A stretch of DNA of 64,000 nt from Octopus sinensis (GCF_006345805.1 NC_043015.1:7502001-7566000); one strand, 5' to 3'. Shown: positions 27,641 to 42,176, counted from the first letter of the stretch. The notes: generated by a model not told the origin, from the letters alone. Program-made: numbers and translations.

Positions 27641-30498
27641 TTAGTGAATCTATTTCAGGCTTCGCCTATGATTTTTCTTTTAACTTTATGGCTATTGATG
27701 TTTTATATTTTTTTTTTTTAATTTTTTATTTTTTATATTTTAATGGACCGATCAAAACTTAATAAAATATTACCGTTTTTTTTCTCCTGACAAAACTTCA
27801 TGGCAACTATAATATAATAAAATATTGATGTGTCATAGAATTATATGTTGATGGGTAAGTATCACTATTATTATTATCACTATATCCCGCCTTACTCTTT
27901 GATCTTTCAATCGCCTGCTGGATAAGGAGAAATGTATATTTATAGTTATTCATATTTTTGGAGTTGAATTAATACACACCTCAGGAAATATTAAAAATAT
28001 ATTTTTAATATACCCTTATACTTTTGTGTGGGTTCAGAAATATATACGGAAAGAGTATATTTTTGCTGCTTAGTTTTTTTTTGTATTGAAAATTCTCATT
28101 GCCATGTATTTTTTTATATTTTCCTGATATATCTTGTACGACTTTACTGTTATATATTTCCTTTGAATGTAATTAAATTTTACAAAATCCACCACTCCTG
28201 TTGTACATATTAAGGCAAGGATCATTATAATTTTAGCGGTATCCTCTCCATAAATGTTAATATTATTCATATATTTATGAAACAATTATTTCGTAAGTGC
28301 TACACTTCATTTGACTGTCGACATTTTGCATAAAAAATAGCCATGAATTTTTGTGCTGAAAATATAATTATTGGTGAAAGCCAGCTAAACTTTTGACGTG
28401 CGTTTGCTAGAATGATTTCGACTAATTCATACAATCCTTATTTTCTTTCAATTTTTAAACTAGGTACATGATCGTGTATATTTAGGGGAATAAAATTGAT
28501 ATGTTGTGACGTTTACGTTACTGGAAATAGCATGAGCAGCATACGGATGAAAATTATAATTATCACTAGCTTTCTCACTTCATTGCAGACCGCTTCTCTG
28601 GCTTCCGCCATGACCAATTTTTGACATTAATGTCTATAATTTCGTGTTAACGTGAAGCACACTTTTAAATAATGTAATTATAGCTTGTCGGAAGAAAAGT
28701 TTTATATGCCATAAGAGGGATGCATCATTTAAAAAAGAGTCAACAGTTTATTTTTGAGGCAACTAGTGAACAATAGCGTCGTGGATTACAAGATTTACTT
28801 TATTCACTGGAAAACTGCAATTCCGGAAGCAGACATTTTAAATGGAGAATTTGTATAGCTAGATGGAAGACGTATAAAAACTAAAAACAATTTGATTATT
28901 GCTTTTATTTATAATGCCTCTATATTTTTACTCAATATATTGTTTAATGGCTCTTAACTAAAAATGTCTTTTCTATTCACAGGGATGTTGTCCTTTGGTA
29001 TTTTTTCCAGTTCCCAATTTGGAGTTATCACGCCACTGTATTTGTTTTACAATACGTTATTTATTATATCACTTTTTCTCTGAAATTCTACCTTCCTGTA
29101 CTAATACACGCACATATATTTATAGGGAGAAGGACTGAGCAAAAGTAGAATGCTAGGACATTTTTGATATGTTTTGATATGAGGGAAATTGTTCTGATAT
29201 GCGGGAAATTGAGAAAGAAGACCTTGGCGGCCCAGTTCATCGTTTGCAGAATGCTTGTTGTAGAATATTTGGCTTCCATTTTCTAGAATGTAGTAGCAGA
29301 GAAAAGTGTATTAACATTTTTATTCCACCTGCAGTGAGAATTTATTAATTCAGATTTGCTCTGCGATACACACACACACACACACACATACACACAAACA
29401 ACACATAGACACTTAATGCCAATATTCTCGAAGCATGACATTTTCTGAGGATGTCTAGAGTTTTCATTGAACAGATTCAAGCTCTCTGCTCTATTGTATT
29501 GTTATATTTGAACTGACATTAATAATTTGGCATAATCTCCGCTCATTCATTTCTTCAGAATTGACTGTTGATCTAACGAAGGTTTCTATTCTCACTGGAA
29601 CAATTTCAAATAAATTATATTTCTCCAGTTAGTATTTACCTTCGATGTTATAATTTGATTTCAATGCAAAGCGTCGCCTCACTTGTATATTTTCGTTAGT
29701 CCATTCTCGGACACACATGTCAAATTTTGTAAACATTTCAAAAGTTTGCGCAATGAGATGTCTGAGAAAATTCATCATTTTAGTCTATTGAAGTAAACTT
29801 CTTGTCATCTGAGTGCTCTGACCATTTATGGAATTGATTTTTCTCTACTGAACCTCTGTGTATATTCATTATTCTTAATATATTCGAAAGTTATTGATCA
29901 TATTATATTGAAATATTTCTCACACTGTACATGCTATATTTGACGAGAGGTCGGCAAATAACTACTTGCGTCTGTCTTTATCAAAATTATATACATTTTA
30001 TACAATGTGCAAAGTTAATTAAAAATGATACGTTGTGCAAAGCTGTTCGGTTTTTCCTGTTGTTTCTTTACTAAATTCAATTTAGCTACTACGGAATTTT
30101 TGACAGTCTTTGTTTTTCTTTTGTTACTTCCATTCTTGCCAATATTTTATCGTCATAATAATGCACAAAGAAAAAAGATGATGCTGTCATATTCAGTGAC
30201 CTAGTTTTAATTTAATCAAAGATAATATAGTGTGACAAATCCAGTTTGCACATAGTCCTAAGCACCTAGATAGAACAGATGTATATCTAATGACACATAT
30301 TTCCTCTCTCTCCCACGTACACACCTACATACATTTGCTGTATACGTTAAACCAATGAGTACAAACATACATATACATACATATATATATATATATATAT
30401 AATATATATATATATATATAATACAGTAGAAAATTTCAACACGGTTTTGTTCCTTCATAAGAGCAGGAAAATCATTTATCATCTCAAACGTACACAAT

Positions 30499-30611
30499 GT
30501 AGTAGTAGTAGTAGTAGTAGTAGCAGCAGCAGCAGCAGCAGTAGCAGTGAAGGTGGTGGTGGTGGTGGTAGTAGTAGTAGTAGCAGCAGCAGCAGCAGCA
30601 GAGTAGTAGTA
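30499..30611. repeat. Compound trinucleotide repeat (TAG)n(CAG)n(TGG)n(TAG)n(CAG)n
   Basis: Directly visible. Confidence 0.95.
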
Positions 30612-31464
30612 CTAGGTCACATTGAGTAATACTGATAGACAATTTCTGAACAAGTGTGAACAAATATGACGGACACGGATAACATGTCTTTACCATAAGA
30701 ACTACTTGATCGACCTCGAAATCGAAGGAAACAATACTGACAACAGCCTTGAGAACGAATACTGTTTGGTAGCATGACGTACATTATTGAGCAACATGTT
30801 AAATGTCAGTTTTTAAAATGTTTGATAAAGAAAATAGCAAAAAAAGTCCATGCAAATAACAGCGTATGAAAAATATAAAACATTTCGACAAAAATAATTC
30901 AAATACAAATGTTTGCTATTTTATATTTACAAATAGAATATCTGTTTTAAATATTTGTTTATTTCTGTAATATTGATTAATGATTCTGAATGCAAAATAT
31001 TTTATCCTATGTATTACAAAGAGATTTGATTTTAGAAATATTTGCATTCATTTAATCATTGTATGTCAACAGGAATATTGTACTAAGCCGTCGAAGTCGT
31101 GAGAAAAATTTGCCACTTTAAAAAAAAAATGTTAAATTATGTATTTATTTATTTATTTTCAATTCATTGTAATAGTGAATACAATACTATTGTTGTTTCC
31201 ACGTGAACGTGAATAACCTAGAGACACACATACGTTCACACACAGAAATGTTCATATGAATATGATAAACACACACACACACACACACAAATACACACAC
31301 ACAATTAATATTAGTGTGTATGTATTTAGGCGTGTGCTCGTAGGCAGGTGATTTTGTGGGCGTATATTCTGTGTTTTGTTAAGAAAATGTATAACTAAAA
31401 CGAAGCCGGCTTTTACTCACAATCCAGACCTTTAATTGGAAATTAAAACAAAATACTCATGCAC

Positions 31465-31511
<47 letters not shown>

Positions 31512-32396
31512 ATATATATCTGTGTATATATATATATTATATATATATATATAAGTATGTATGCATGTATGTAACCATCATTGACTAAAGTATATGTCTA
31601 CTGGATGTTTCTATGTCATTCCATGAGTGATTTGATCTGTGAATGTGTACTTATATAGACTTATTTTTGTACACCCGAGCGCGTATAAACATCTTGCATG
31701 CTGAAATTCTCAATGTTTTACACACTTTCTGAAATCCATTAAAAGATTTTGATTGTAATTTGTTATTTAGCCGTGTACGTTCCAGTTTCGTAAAACCTGG
31801 ATTCAAAATATTGGTGTCATCTCAATTACTTGAATAGCAAAGGGTCTCCATGATTTCTTACTCTAACTTATATTCCGTTTCGTTATATATATGATACATT
31901 CTGTGCAAATTTCACTCGCACTGAATAAAAACTAGTATGTTTTATTTTTGTTAACATTACATCAATGTCTGTTAGACAAATAATTATAAATATGTTTTCT
32001 CAATCCTAGATGATAGTATGGTTGGTTATATATTTATTTTACAGATGTTTTGACGCGTATATTTAACAAAAACCTTTCATATGAAAATGGCATTTGCTCC
32101 TTCAGAACTATCCTATATACGGACTATATTGCACATTGTTTTCGCTACTACATGTCTCATATGTAAAATGTTCCTTGATAACATTTTCAACGCGTGTCTA
32201 CGTGTAGATGGCTCTTTGGTGACCTCGTGTCCATTTTCTTAGTGGATTCGTGTAAGAGCTTATGTGTTAACATTCATTTTTCTTTCTTTTGTTTAGCAAT
32301 GTCCTAAGCCAAACTTTCATGTTATTCAAAATTTTTGCCTAGATTTTACTAAACTAGAGCTGTGTTAAAGCTTAACGTATCAAACTTTATTCTGTT

Positions 32397-32451
<55 letters not shown>

Positions 32452-34231
32452 TATATATATACATAATATTATCAATCACGAGGTGGGTGAGGATAGATTA
32501 CTCCAGACTGTGAGAAATTAAGAAGAATAAGAGGTTACATCACTTCTATTAAATGAGAAGTGTGAGGTAATCTAACAATTCAAAAAGCATACCAGCTGTG
32601 TCAGTTATAAATGCTAGCCATAAGTTTGCGTGAATCGTAAATATCACAACTTCTGTTTCGTTCCTTTACAGTAGAAACGGCATTCATGCCTATAAACATA
32701 TCATAATAATAATCATCGATTATATTATTAAATAGTAGTAGTAGTATTAGTAGTAGTAGCAGTAGTAGTCATCTATTGTCTTTTTTAAATCTAAAAGACT
32801 CCCAATTTTCATCAAGTTGAAAAGTCCATGTATATTCTAAGTATAAAGCATGAACATATTACACACATGGCGGTCATATTGATTTTATGGCAGTCGGTAA
32901 ATGATATTTGCACGAAGTAAATTTAATTTCGGCTTTTTTTTCTCATTTTTGGTTCAGCTCAATCTTATATCTCAAGCTTTGCTTGAATTCATATCGCTTT
33001 TTTGAAAATCTTTCGAAATTTTTGAATTACTCGTTTATGTTCTTTTTATTAGTTTCTGCATTCCGAGCAAAATTTTTCTAAGCTGAGAGATTTTTAAAAT
33101 TTTATTTAGCTTTTAAACGAATCAGCGTTTTTCGTATAACGTTATTATTATTTGTAATCTAAATCTTGATTGTTACAATTACAAAAAAAAAATTAGAAAG
33201 AAATGAACACAAAATTTATTTACAATTCCAAAAAATTGCATCAAAATTGAAATTTATCTGAATATGTAAATAGTTGTAATTATTTAAGTAGTTTCATTAA
33301 ATCTTATATTTATGCTTGCTCTATCATTGTAATAGCTGAAGAAAATAAAAATATGTCGAATGCAAACATTAAACATACTCAAGCATGCGTGTACATAGAT
33401 AAGATATATTGATAAGCTGTACAGCTACAATTAATACACCGTGTGAGCCATAAAAAATTTAATCGAATCGTAAGTGTAGCGCATTATCTTGCTGAACCTG
33501 CGCTGTTAATTTGTATCTGAAATTTTTTTTGTCTTAATTTTGATTTCTTGGTTTAATTTCCCAACCGCAGCTCAACTAATCTCAATCGAAAATTTTGGGA
33601 AAAAAATTAACAGTTTGATGTACACACCTGCATATATGACGAATAATTATTGACCAGTTGCATGCTGCGATTTAATCATCTTGTCTAAAAGTATTCCTCC
33701 TGGGGCAATATGGTAATAACAATACCATGAATATGACTCGGAAGAGAAGAGTTAGGTTTGTGATGAGAAATTGTTGATCAGAAAAAGAATATGGACGAGA
33801 TAATTTGTTTGCAGCATTATAAGAAAACCATCAAATTTCGTCTCTATTTATGAATGCTAGAAATCATATGAGGTATTGAATTACCAAAGATCTGCCTCAG
33901 GGCTATAGCGAATGCAACATTGCCCCACCCATGGCCAGCAGCCTGATATTAAAAACAAGTCAAATATGACAATGTGCTACCACCGATTTGGTAAAATGTA
34001 TTGAGTATATTTCAGTGAAACTTTCTCTCAGTTATGCAGTTAAATCCTTTGTTTTTCAACTGTAAAATATTGAAACGTGCGTAATTTGAAGATTAATAAC
34101 AACTGTCAGTAATAGCTAATAGAAAAGATTCGTGAATTCGAGTCATCGAGAGGACATACATAGTCGCATGATATGCTGGAAAATGAAGCCAATTACACTT
34201 ATCACAAATTCTAAAAAATCTGAAATACATC

Positions 34232-34453
34232 CTATTTCTTTACTACCCACAAGGGGTTACACACAGAGTGGACAAACAAGAACGGAAAACGGATTAAGTC
34301 GATTACATCGACACCAGTGTGTAACTGGTACTTGTTTAATCGACCCCGAAACGATGAAAGGCAAAGTCGACCTCGGCGGAATTAGAATTCAGAACGTAGC
34401 AGCAGACGAAATACCGCCAAGCATTTCGCCAGCGTGTTAACGTTTCTGCTAAC
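34232..34453 (-). mobile_element. Family 2 SINE
   Basis: Reverse complement of 50552-50780, including the AATAAAGAAATAG-type tail. Confidence 0.88.
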
Positions 34454-35960
34454 CTACATATGACACCAGGAAGAACATAAACTGTCACTATCTTATGATT
34501 GTCGTATGTCAGTAATATGTATGGTTTCTTAACTAATGTGAATTTTCTAGTCCATCTTATAGAATAGATTAGTTGGTACTGTAAGTTAAACAGAAAATAA
34601 GCAATCTTCATTATAAATATGAGCAAAAATAGTAAAGACAACAACCTATATAGAAATACCCAGATATTATAGAGAGGTGGTGGAGGCCGCGATTACAACT
34701 CGCAGGTGTATTCAATTTGAATGAGGATTTTTAATTCTTATATAAAGCTAGCATTGCTCTCTAGTAAATACATCTTCATAATGAATTAGAATTTCATTGA
34801 AGTGAAATTGCATTGACAAAATCAGCGTAACTCTCATTAATTATTCAGCGTTCATATAATTTCTAGATGTTAGCTGCACCTATAAAAATAGTACATATTT
34901 CTATTTAAGTACGTGAAATTTAAGTTCATTGAACCGGTAAGATAAAAAAAAATACTCAGACATTTATCCAACCATATATAATTGCAGCATATGACAGATA
35001 TTAAGTTAAGCGATAGTTAATCAAATAAAATTATGGCTTCCCATAAAATAAAATAAACCGTAAGTTTTCTTGTTGAATCTGCCATATTATCTCCTGTTTT
35101 TATTTCATTTTTATTTCTCTTTATCTATACATGTTTCTGTCTCCTCTCTCACTCTTTCTCTCTCTCTCTATATATATATATAATGGAGTAAAAAGATTCT
35201 GCACCCGAGAAATAATAAACTTATTTCCAAACAATATAGCATCATGGTCAATGACGCTGAAAATATCCTACTGCATGAGTTAGAAGTTTAATGAATTTGT
35301 CTTATAGAAATGGCTGAAGCGAACACTGAGAACGGTGAATAGGAAATCTTAATATTACTAAATATTTAGTGGTTATTATATATCGATTTGCAAGAGATAT
35401 TTCTTACGCAACATTATTAAAAATTAGAGACCATAGAATGATGGATTAATTAATTTTTAGTATTGATGTTTATGAGTAGAGAGTAGATGATATACACTGG
35501 AATGAGAAGCATTCTAAAGCATAGTGCTGATCCGTACTGTTATACAAAGAAAATTTCTTTTTTCTGATGAATTGATAACTCCGAAACCTCAGTTTCTTCC
35601 ATCCCAACAAAATACATTTTCCGTTACCATTTCTCTTGGATATATCTTGAATTCAATTACATTGTTTATTGCAGTCTAGATTTGAGTAGCACTTTAGTTG
35701 CATAATATATTATATCTAAATATTAAATCGGCCATGCGCTATCCTAGGATACCTGAATTTGTCACGATACTAGAAGGATACGAATAATCAGTTTATCAAT
35801 GATATAATAAACTTGTAGTACTAAACTGTATATACTTATGCTTTAACTTCAAATCTCCATGTACCCAACTACGAGTTTTTCAGACTTTTAAAACCATCCG
35901 CCATTTGTGGCCTCATCTGTATAATCATATCTATTAATAATAGTACTAATAATACTATTA

Positions 35961-36353
35961 TCTTTATATATAAAATTGAGGTTGTGTGCTGTCTGTCTCC
36001 TACGACTTAGATTCCTAACTACTCCCACATTTTGCGGTGCAGTTTAACCATAACCGGGTATCTTATAGTCGTGATTCATATCCAGCCCTTCTGGGTATTA
36101 GCGCGCGTCTACGATGAGTCAACGATTTAAAAAAAATTATCATAAATTTTTCCCATTTTTAATGCATTTTTGGCATATATAAGGGAAGTATCTCTCTAAA
36201 AATTTATTAGTAAATCTCAGAACGTAAAAAGCTACAGTAACAACCCCCTTTGTGGTTAGCCATATTGAGATGGCTATTATACTTTACATATCTAAAAATG
36301 CTTATATAGTTATTTCCCTTACCACCCCGAGCAACGCCGGGCGATGCTGCTAG
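35961..36353 (+). mobile_element. Non-autonomous Helitron
   Basis: Starts A|TCTTTATATATAA and ends CCCGAGCAACGCCGGGCGATGCTGCTAG|T. The last ~70 bp are shared with the 16.2 kb element while the bodies differ. Confidence 0.8.
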
Positions 36354-37051
36354 TTATATTATAAATATTAACATTGTTATTTCCCCGTTAAAGGTACACA
36401 TGCACTATGCTGATGGAACATTACTGGAGTTTAGAAGAAGCGCGGAAAATGTAATAAAATAATATTTTGTTTTTCTCTTTCAAAATAGTCGGCAGATGCT
36501 ATTTTGGCAGCAAAATGCTAATAAAAGCAAACAGATCACATGTACAGCAATGAATGATGATGAATTACGCTGGATTAGATCACTTTACAGAAGCGCTGTA
36601 TTCTGAATTCCTTTGCTTGAAGATTTACGAAGCATATTAATATTATCAATGATATTTCCATCATTAAAATAATTGAAGAGTTGAAGTATGTAAATGATAA
36701 GCTAACGAACTGTTAAAATGTCGGAATTTTGTTACATAGCTTTCGGAGTTTGTCAGTGAATTGACAGCTACAGTTAACATCGAATGTGAGAGTCTGATGC
36801 TTCGATCGGAGAATGTGTCGGTGATGTCATTGAAAAAAATCAGCGATTCGTGCTCTGAAGCGGGGGTAAACGATACGATAATAGCATCGCATGTTCTGAG
36901 TTCAATAGAACTGTGAGCAACATTTTTTTACAAAGAGTTCACTGCTTTCGAATCGGACTCGTTCTCGAAAAGGATAAAGTAATATTAACTTTCGGGTTAT
37001 GAATCATATAATCATATTCTCTCTTTCCTTCTCGCTCTCGCTCTCTCTATC

Positions 37052-37112
<61 letters not shown>

Positions 37113-37418
37113 TTTCGTACCATGAAAGCTGTAAGGAATTACTGATTTCCTTTGAAAAGGTCGAAAATCCATAAATTAAGAATATTGAGAGCACGCATCT
37201 TGATAATCTCCTATATTTCAATATTCCGAAGTTTACAAAAACTACCAACTCATTATATATTCAAAGGAATATCGATGAGTGAGGAAATAATGTTAGTGGT
37301 CAAGTATTGAAGTGGTTTCAGTATAGCTACCTTTCACCAAACGCTGTGACGTTGACACCGGCGCAAGAAAACATTTGTAGATATTTTGCATAGAGAAATG
37401 TTGTACACACACAGGCAC

Positions 37419-37488
<70 letters not shown>

Positions 37489-38456
37489 GGATTAGTTGTT
37501 TGTTAAGCTAAAGTGGGAATCAAGGTTCTATTTGTCAGTGCAATATTTAAAAGTACGCCCGGAAATAGAATGCTCTAAACCGAATAACTACAGATATAAA
37601 TAGAGAGAGAAATATCTTAATCAGAAAGACCTAGCTCTCTCTGCGTATGTATAAATATGTTCTACGTGACGTATTTATAATGATTCGGTATCTTTTCCAT
37701 AAATCTATCCATGTTACAATATCTCGAGATGTTATTCCACTGAAAACACTTCAGTATTTATTTGACTCACATTATTTTCTCAACCAAAAATGTATAACAT
37801 AATTAAAACATGTCTTGACCTTCCTCTGAATATGAGGAACTAAAGAGAAGAAGGAACATTTTTTAACCTAGAACTTTCTTGTAGTTGTGTTATCAATACG
37901 TAAAGTGCTTCTTAGTTGATGTCTTATCCCTTAATCTAGTTGAATGTAGTTATCCATGTACTAATATATATATATATAATGTTTAGAATACATATAATAT
38001 ATGCACAAAGAAACGAGAAAGAGACAGATGGTCGCCAACCCCTCATTAATTATTTGCGAATGGTTATGATTTTACTCTATTTCTTTACCTTTGGTATTCG
38101 AGTACTGTTTCCCACATAGCTTTACACATGTGTATGTATTGATAAAACGGTAAGATAACAAAAGAAAGAAAGAGACCTCAATATTATGTAAATAGAGGAA
38201 ATTTATCTATACAATATGTTACATTACTCAGTAGTCAAGATAAAACTCTGAGTTTCAGATGCCGAAGTGGAAATCCACAACACCATGTATGTATATATAC
38301 ACTTAAATATATATGAATATGTATAAATATATACATATATGAATATGTATAAATATATACATATATGAATATATATATATAATATATATATATACACATG
38401 TATATACACACATTATATATATATATATATATATATATCTATATATATATATATAT

Positions 38457-38487
<31 letters not shown>

Positions 38488-40293
38488 GCATTTATATTCG
38501 TGCGTCTTTATGGCTAACTACATTCAAAGCAATAATAGATCGACGAAGAAAAAATATGCACTGATAATATAAAGAAATATTACACGTGGTTGGCAGGTGC
38601 AAGCATTTGCTGTTGTGTACTGTAGGCCAGGAGTTTTACTTTGTTATAACATCCATCATCACTCTTGGACGTTATCTTAAAACGTTTGTGAAGATAAGAA
38701 AAATTCACTGCATCTGGTATGATAATTTCAACGGCCAACTTTTTTCCTCAAACTTATACTGCGGTAAAAAGTGGGACGCAACGTTTCAATACGTCTATAT
38801 GCAGAAATGCACTAAGGATTATGCATCTCTCGCCTTTCGCTGAGACGTGTTATCAATACATCTAATTTAAATATTTAATAATATGCTTGGTCCATCTGAG
38901 CCAATTTCTAGTAAAAAAGTGGAAGGGAATAAGATCAACAGAAGACAAAAACGTAAAACAACATATACATATATCTATATACACACGTACACATATATCT
39001 ACATAAATAATAGATATATACATATCCATATAACGTCATAAGCAAAAAAGACTTGAAGCTACCATTATCGAAAAATACAAAGAGGTAGAACATCAGATGT
39101 ATACATACATACACATATATATATATATATGTTTATTATTATATATATATATATGTTTATTATTATATATATATATATATATGTTTATTATTATATATAT
39201 ATACATATTATATATATATTATATACATATAATAAATATATACATATATATATATATGTACATTATATGTATATATATATGTGTGTGTGTGTGTGTATGT
39301 ATGTATGCATATATAACTTAATCATCAAACGACTTGAAGCTTTCATTATCAAAAAAGAAAAAAAAACAATAGATTCTGGTGATAATGACCGCTGAAAGAG
39401 CCACAAAATTTCACATAGTCCTTGCCTACACTGAAACAATAACATCATTTCATTCATCAGGCATCCCAATAATCTTTCCTCTGGTCATGATGCTAATCAC
39501 AAATACTAATAAGAAATTCATAAAGAGAATACGACCAGGATAGTCTGATAACATTGATGCAACCAGACACTTTATTGTTACAATCAAAATATGAAGGCTA
39601 TTAACGAAATATGAACAGCGGTTAAGTAAAGAAATTGATAATATTGGCCAGCTGATGAATACGCTCACATAGATATACGAACCCAAATATAGACACACAA
39701 AGACATACATGCATACACACTAACATATATACACATTTATATACACATATTCATTCTATATATATATATATATACCCATATATATGTGCATCAACTTATA
39801 ACTACACATATGCACACTTAAAAACGTTTATACATATACACATCCATATACATAATGGAATATATGAAGCATGCATCTCAAATAGAAAAAAGAACAGGGT
39901 TAAGAGTGCCACAATACCAAATTGCTATAAAGATCTTTTGCTTAATAGGATTGCTTCCTCTAAGCAAAACGTAATGAAGCAATAATAGACAATTCATATA
40001 GTAATCAATTGATATTATATCGGTAGATTCACACATGGCGATTATATATACACATATATGTATGTATATTAATATATATATGTATATATATATATGTATG
40101 TATATTAATATATATGTATATGTATATTAATATATATATATATATGTATATATATGTATATTAATATATATATATGTACAATAGGATGGAGACTGTGAAG
40201 TGAAACTATATACTCTGTGTATTAGAGTGTAAGCATATGGAATATTCTAGGAGCACTAATATATAGACACACATATAGGTATATACCTATATA

Positions 40294-40299
<6 letters not shown>

Positions 40300-40339
<40 letters not shown>

Positions 40340-40416
40340 TACATTCATATACGTTTAAACATATATACATACATATATATATATATATATGCATACATTC
40401 ATATACGTTTAAACAT

Positions 40417-40457
<41 letters not shown>

Positions 40458-40534
40458 TACATTCATATACGTTTAAACATATATACATACATATATATAT
40501 ATATATATGCATACATTCATATACGTTTAAACAT

Positions 40535-40577
<43 letters not shown>

Positions 40578-40615
40578 GCATACATTCATATACGTTTAAA
40601 CATATATACATACAT

Positions 40616-40652
<37 letters not shown>

Positions 40653-40679
40653 GCATACATTCATATACGTTTAACATAT

Positions 40680-40724
<45 letters not shown>

Positions 40725-40749
40725 TACATTCATATACGTTTAAACATAT

Positions 40750-40790
<41 letters not shown>
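40300..40790. repeat. Minisatellite, about 8 units of GCATACATTCATATACGTTTAAACATATACATAC plus variable (TA)n
   Basis: The fixed ~34-bp core recurs, separated by (TA)n spacers of variable length. Confidence 0.95.
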
Positions 40791-41360
40791 TACACACACA
40801 CATATACATACATACGAAACTCAGAGTAACATCAAAGAGTTACTCGCAACTTCCATAAAAATGAAAATCGTCTCTTTCACGGTTTCGACTTCATTCGCAT
40901 ATATTTACAAACGCAACGTATAAAAGTCTTACGTTCATATACGCGTGTGTATGGCAGAGTGTGCAATCAATTACTTGAACTTATTGAGACGCAAGACGCC
41001 AGCACTGGAAAATGTGTGTGAGTGGGAGTGAGAGAGGAAAAGTCAGATTGTGAGGGAGATAGAGATAAAGAAAGGAAGTTAAGAAAGCAAGAGTGAAAAA
41101 AAAGAGTGAGAAATATAGAGAAACGGAGAAAGGAAAATGGCAGCTATATCATTTAAACCTACTACAAGACATTCGTTTCAAGATGTGGATAGTTTATTGA
41201 TTTTTAACATTTTCCTTCTCTATCAAAGTGATAAACTCACAGATAGACAAAAGCAATACGGGCAGCAATTCTCTGTCTGATTTATTAACTTGGACTTTTC
41301 ACCATTATTATGACATTTGTATAACTTTTGATATTTGATTGACATGAATATAATACTGAG

Positions 41361-41402
<42 letters not shown>

Positions 41403-41709
41403 CACGCACACATGTACAATTATTCATACATGTATACGCTTGGGTTCGCAGATATTGAAGGACAAACCCAGAGAGGCAGAGATACCCATACACATACATA
41501 TATAGGTATATATAATTATATATGAGCCCCAGCGTAGCAAAGGGCTAAAAACTAAACATGCATACGTACATACATCTATATATATATACACATATATATA
41601 CATATCTATACACACACACATACACACATATATATATGCATATTCTACACAGACATACATACAAATATGTATATGCATGTAATTATCTTTCTATGTATGA
41701 ATGTATATA

Positions 41710-41758
<49 letters not shown>

Positions 41759-42069
41759 ACACAATGAGCTATTTTAGTTTTTTTCCTATAATACTTTTGA
41801 CGAATGCAAAGGAAAATTTTGAATAGAAAAAGAAAATTCGTTTAGATGAATATATCTAATCCACAGATCATACTTTTCGTTATATATTTTTTTGTTCACT
41901 CGACACTTGACAGGCGGGAAATGCTGTAAAAGGCAAAATATCGCTGAGAATAAACCAAGATTTACTACTTTTTGTTGGAAACATTGCGTATGTGTGTGTG
42001 TGTACGCATGCGTACATAGTCATATGTATATATATATATAAATATATATATATATACACACAAACATAA

Positions 42070-42110
<41 letters not shown>

Positions 42111-42117
42111 AACATAA

Positions 42118-42160
<43 letters not shown>

Positions 42161-42176
42161 CCTATGTATGTATATT

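Noticed and set aside
29594-29780. Minus-strand ORF MMNFLRH... with a 45-nt intron containing TACTAAC
   Set aside because: The intron is implausibly short, the branch point abuts the donor, and the peptide is unrecognised.
30447-30696. Poly-Ser/Gly and poly-Cys/Tyr/His ORFs
   Set aside because: Compound trinucleotide microsatellite with no flanking coding signal.
33434-33620. TACACCGTGTGAGCCATAAAAA as a Tc1/mariner-like terminus
   Set aside because: No matching second TIR or transposase fragment found.
38060-38285. Block resembling an abundant octopus repeat (possibly a Penelope terminus)
   Set aside because: Single copy here and recognised only from memory, so it cannot be supported from this window.
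38626-41987. Plus-strand exon candidates 38626-38716 (GQEFYFVITS...) and 41914-41987 ([10 protein letters not shown]...)
   Set aside because: Open frames with acceptable splice sites but no homology I recognise; unresolved without RNA data.
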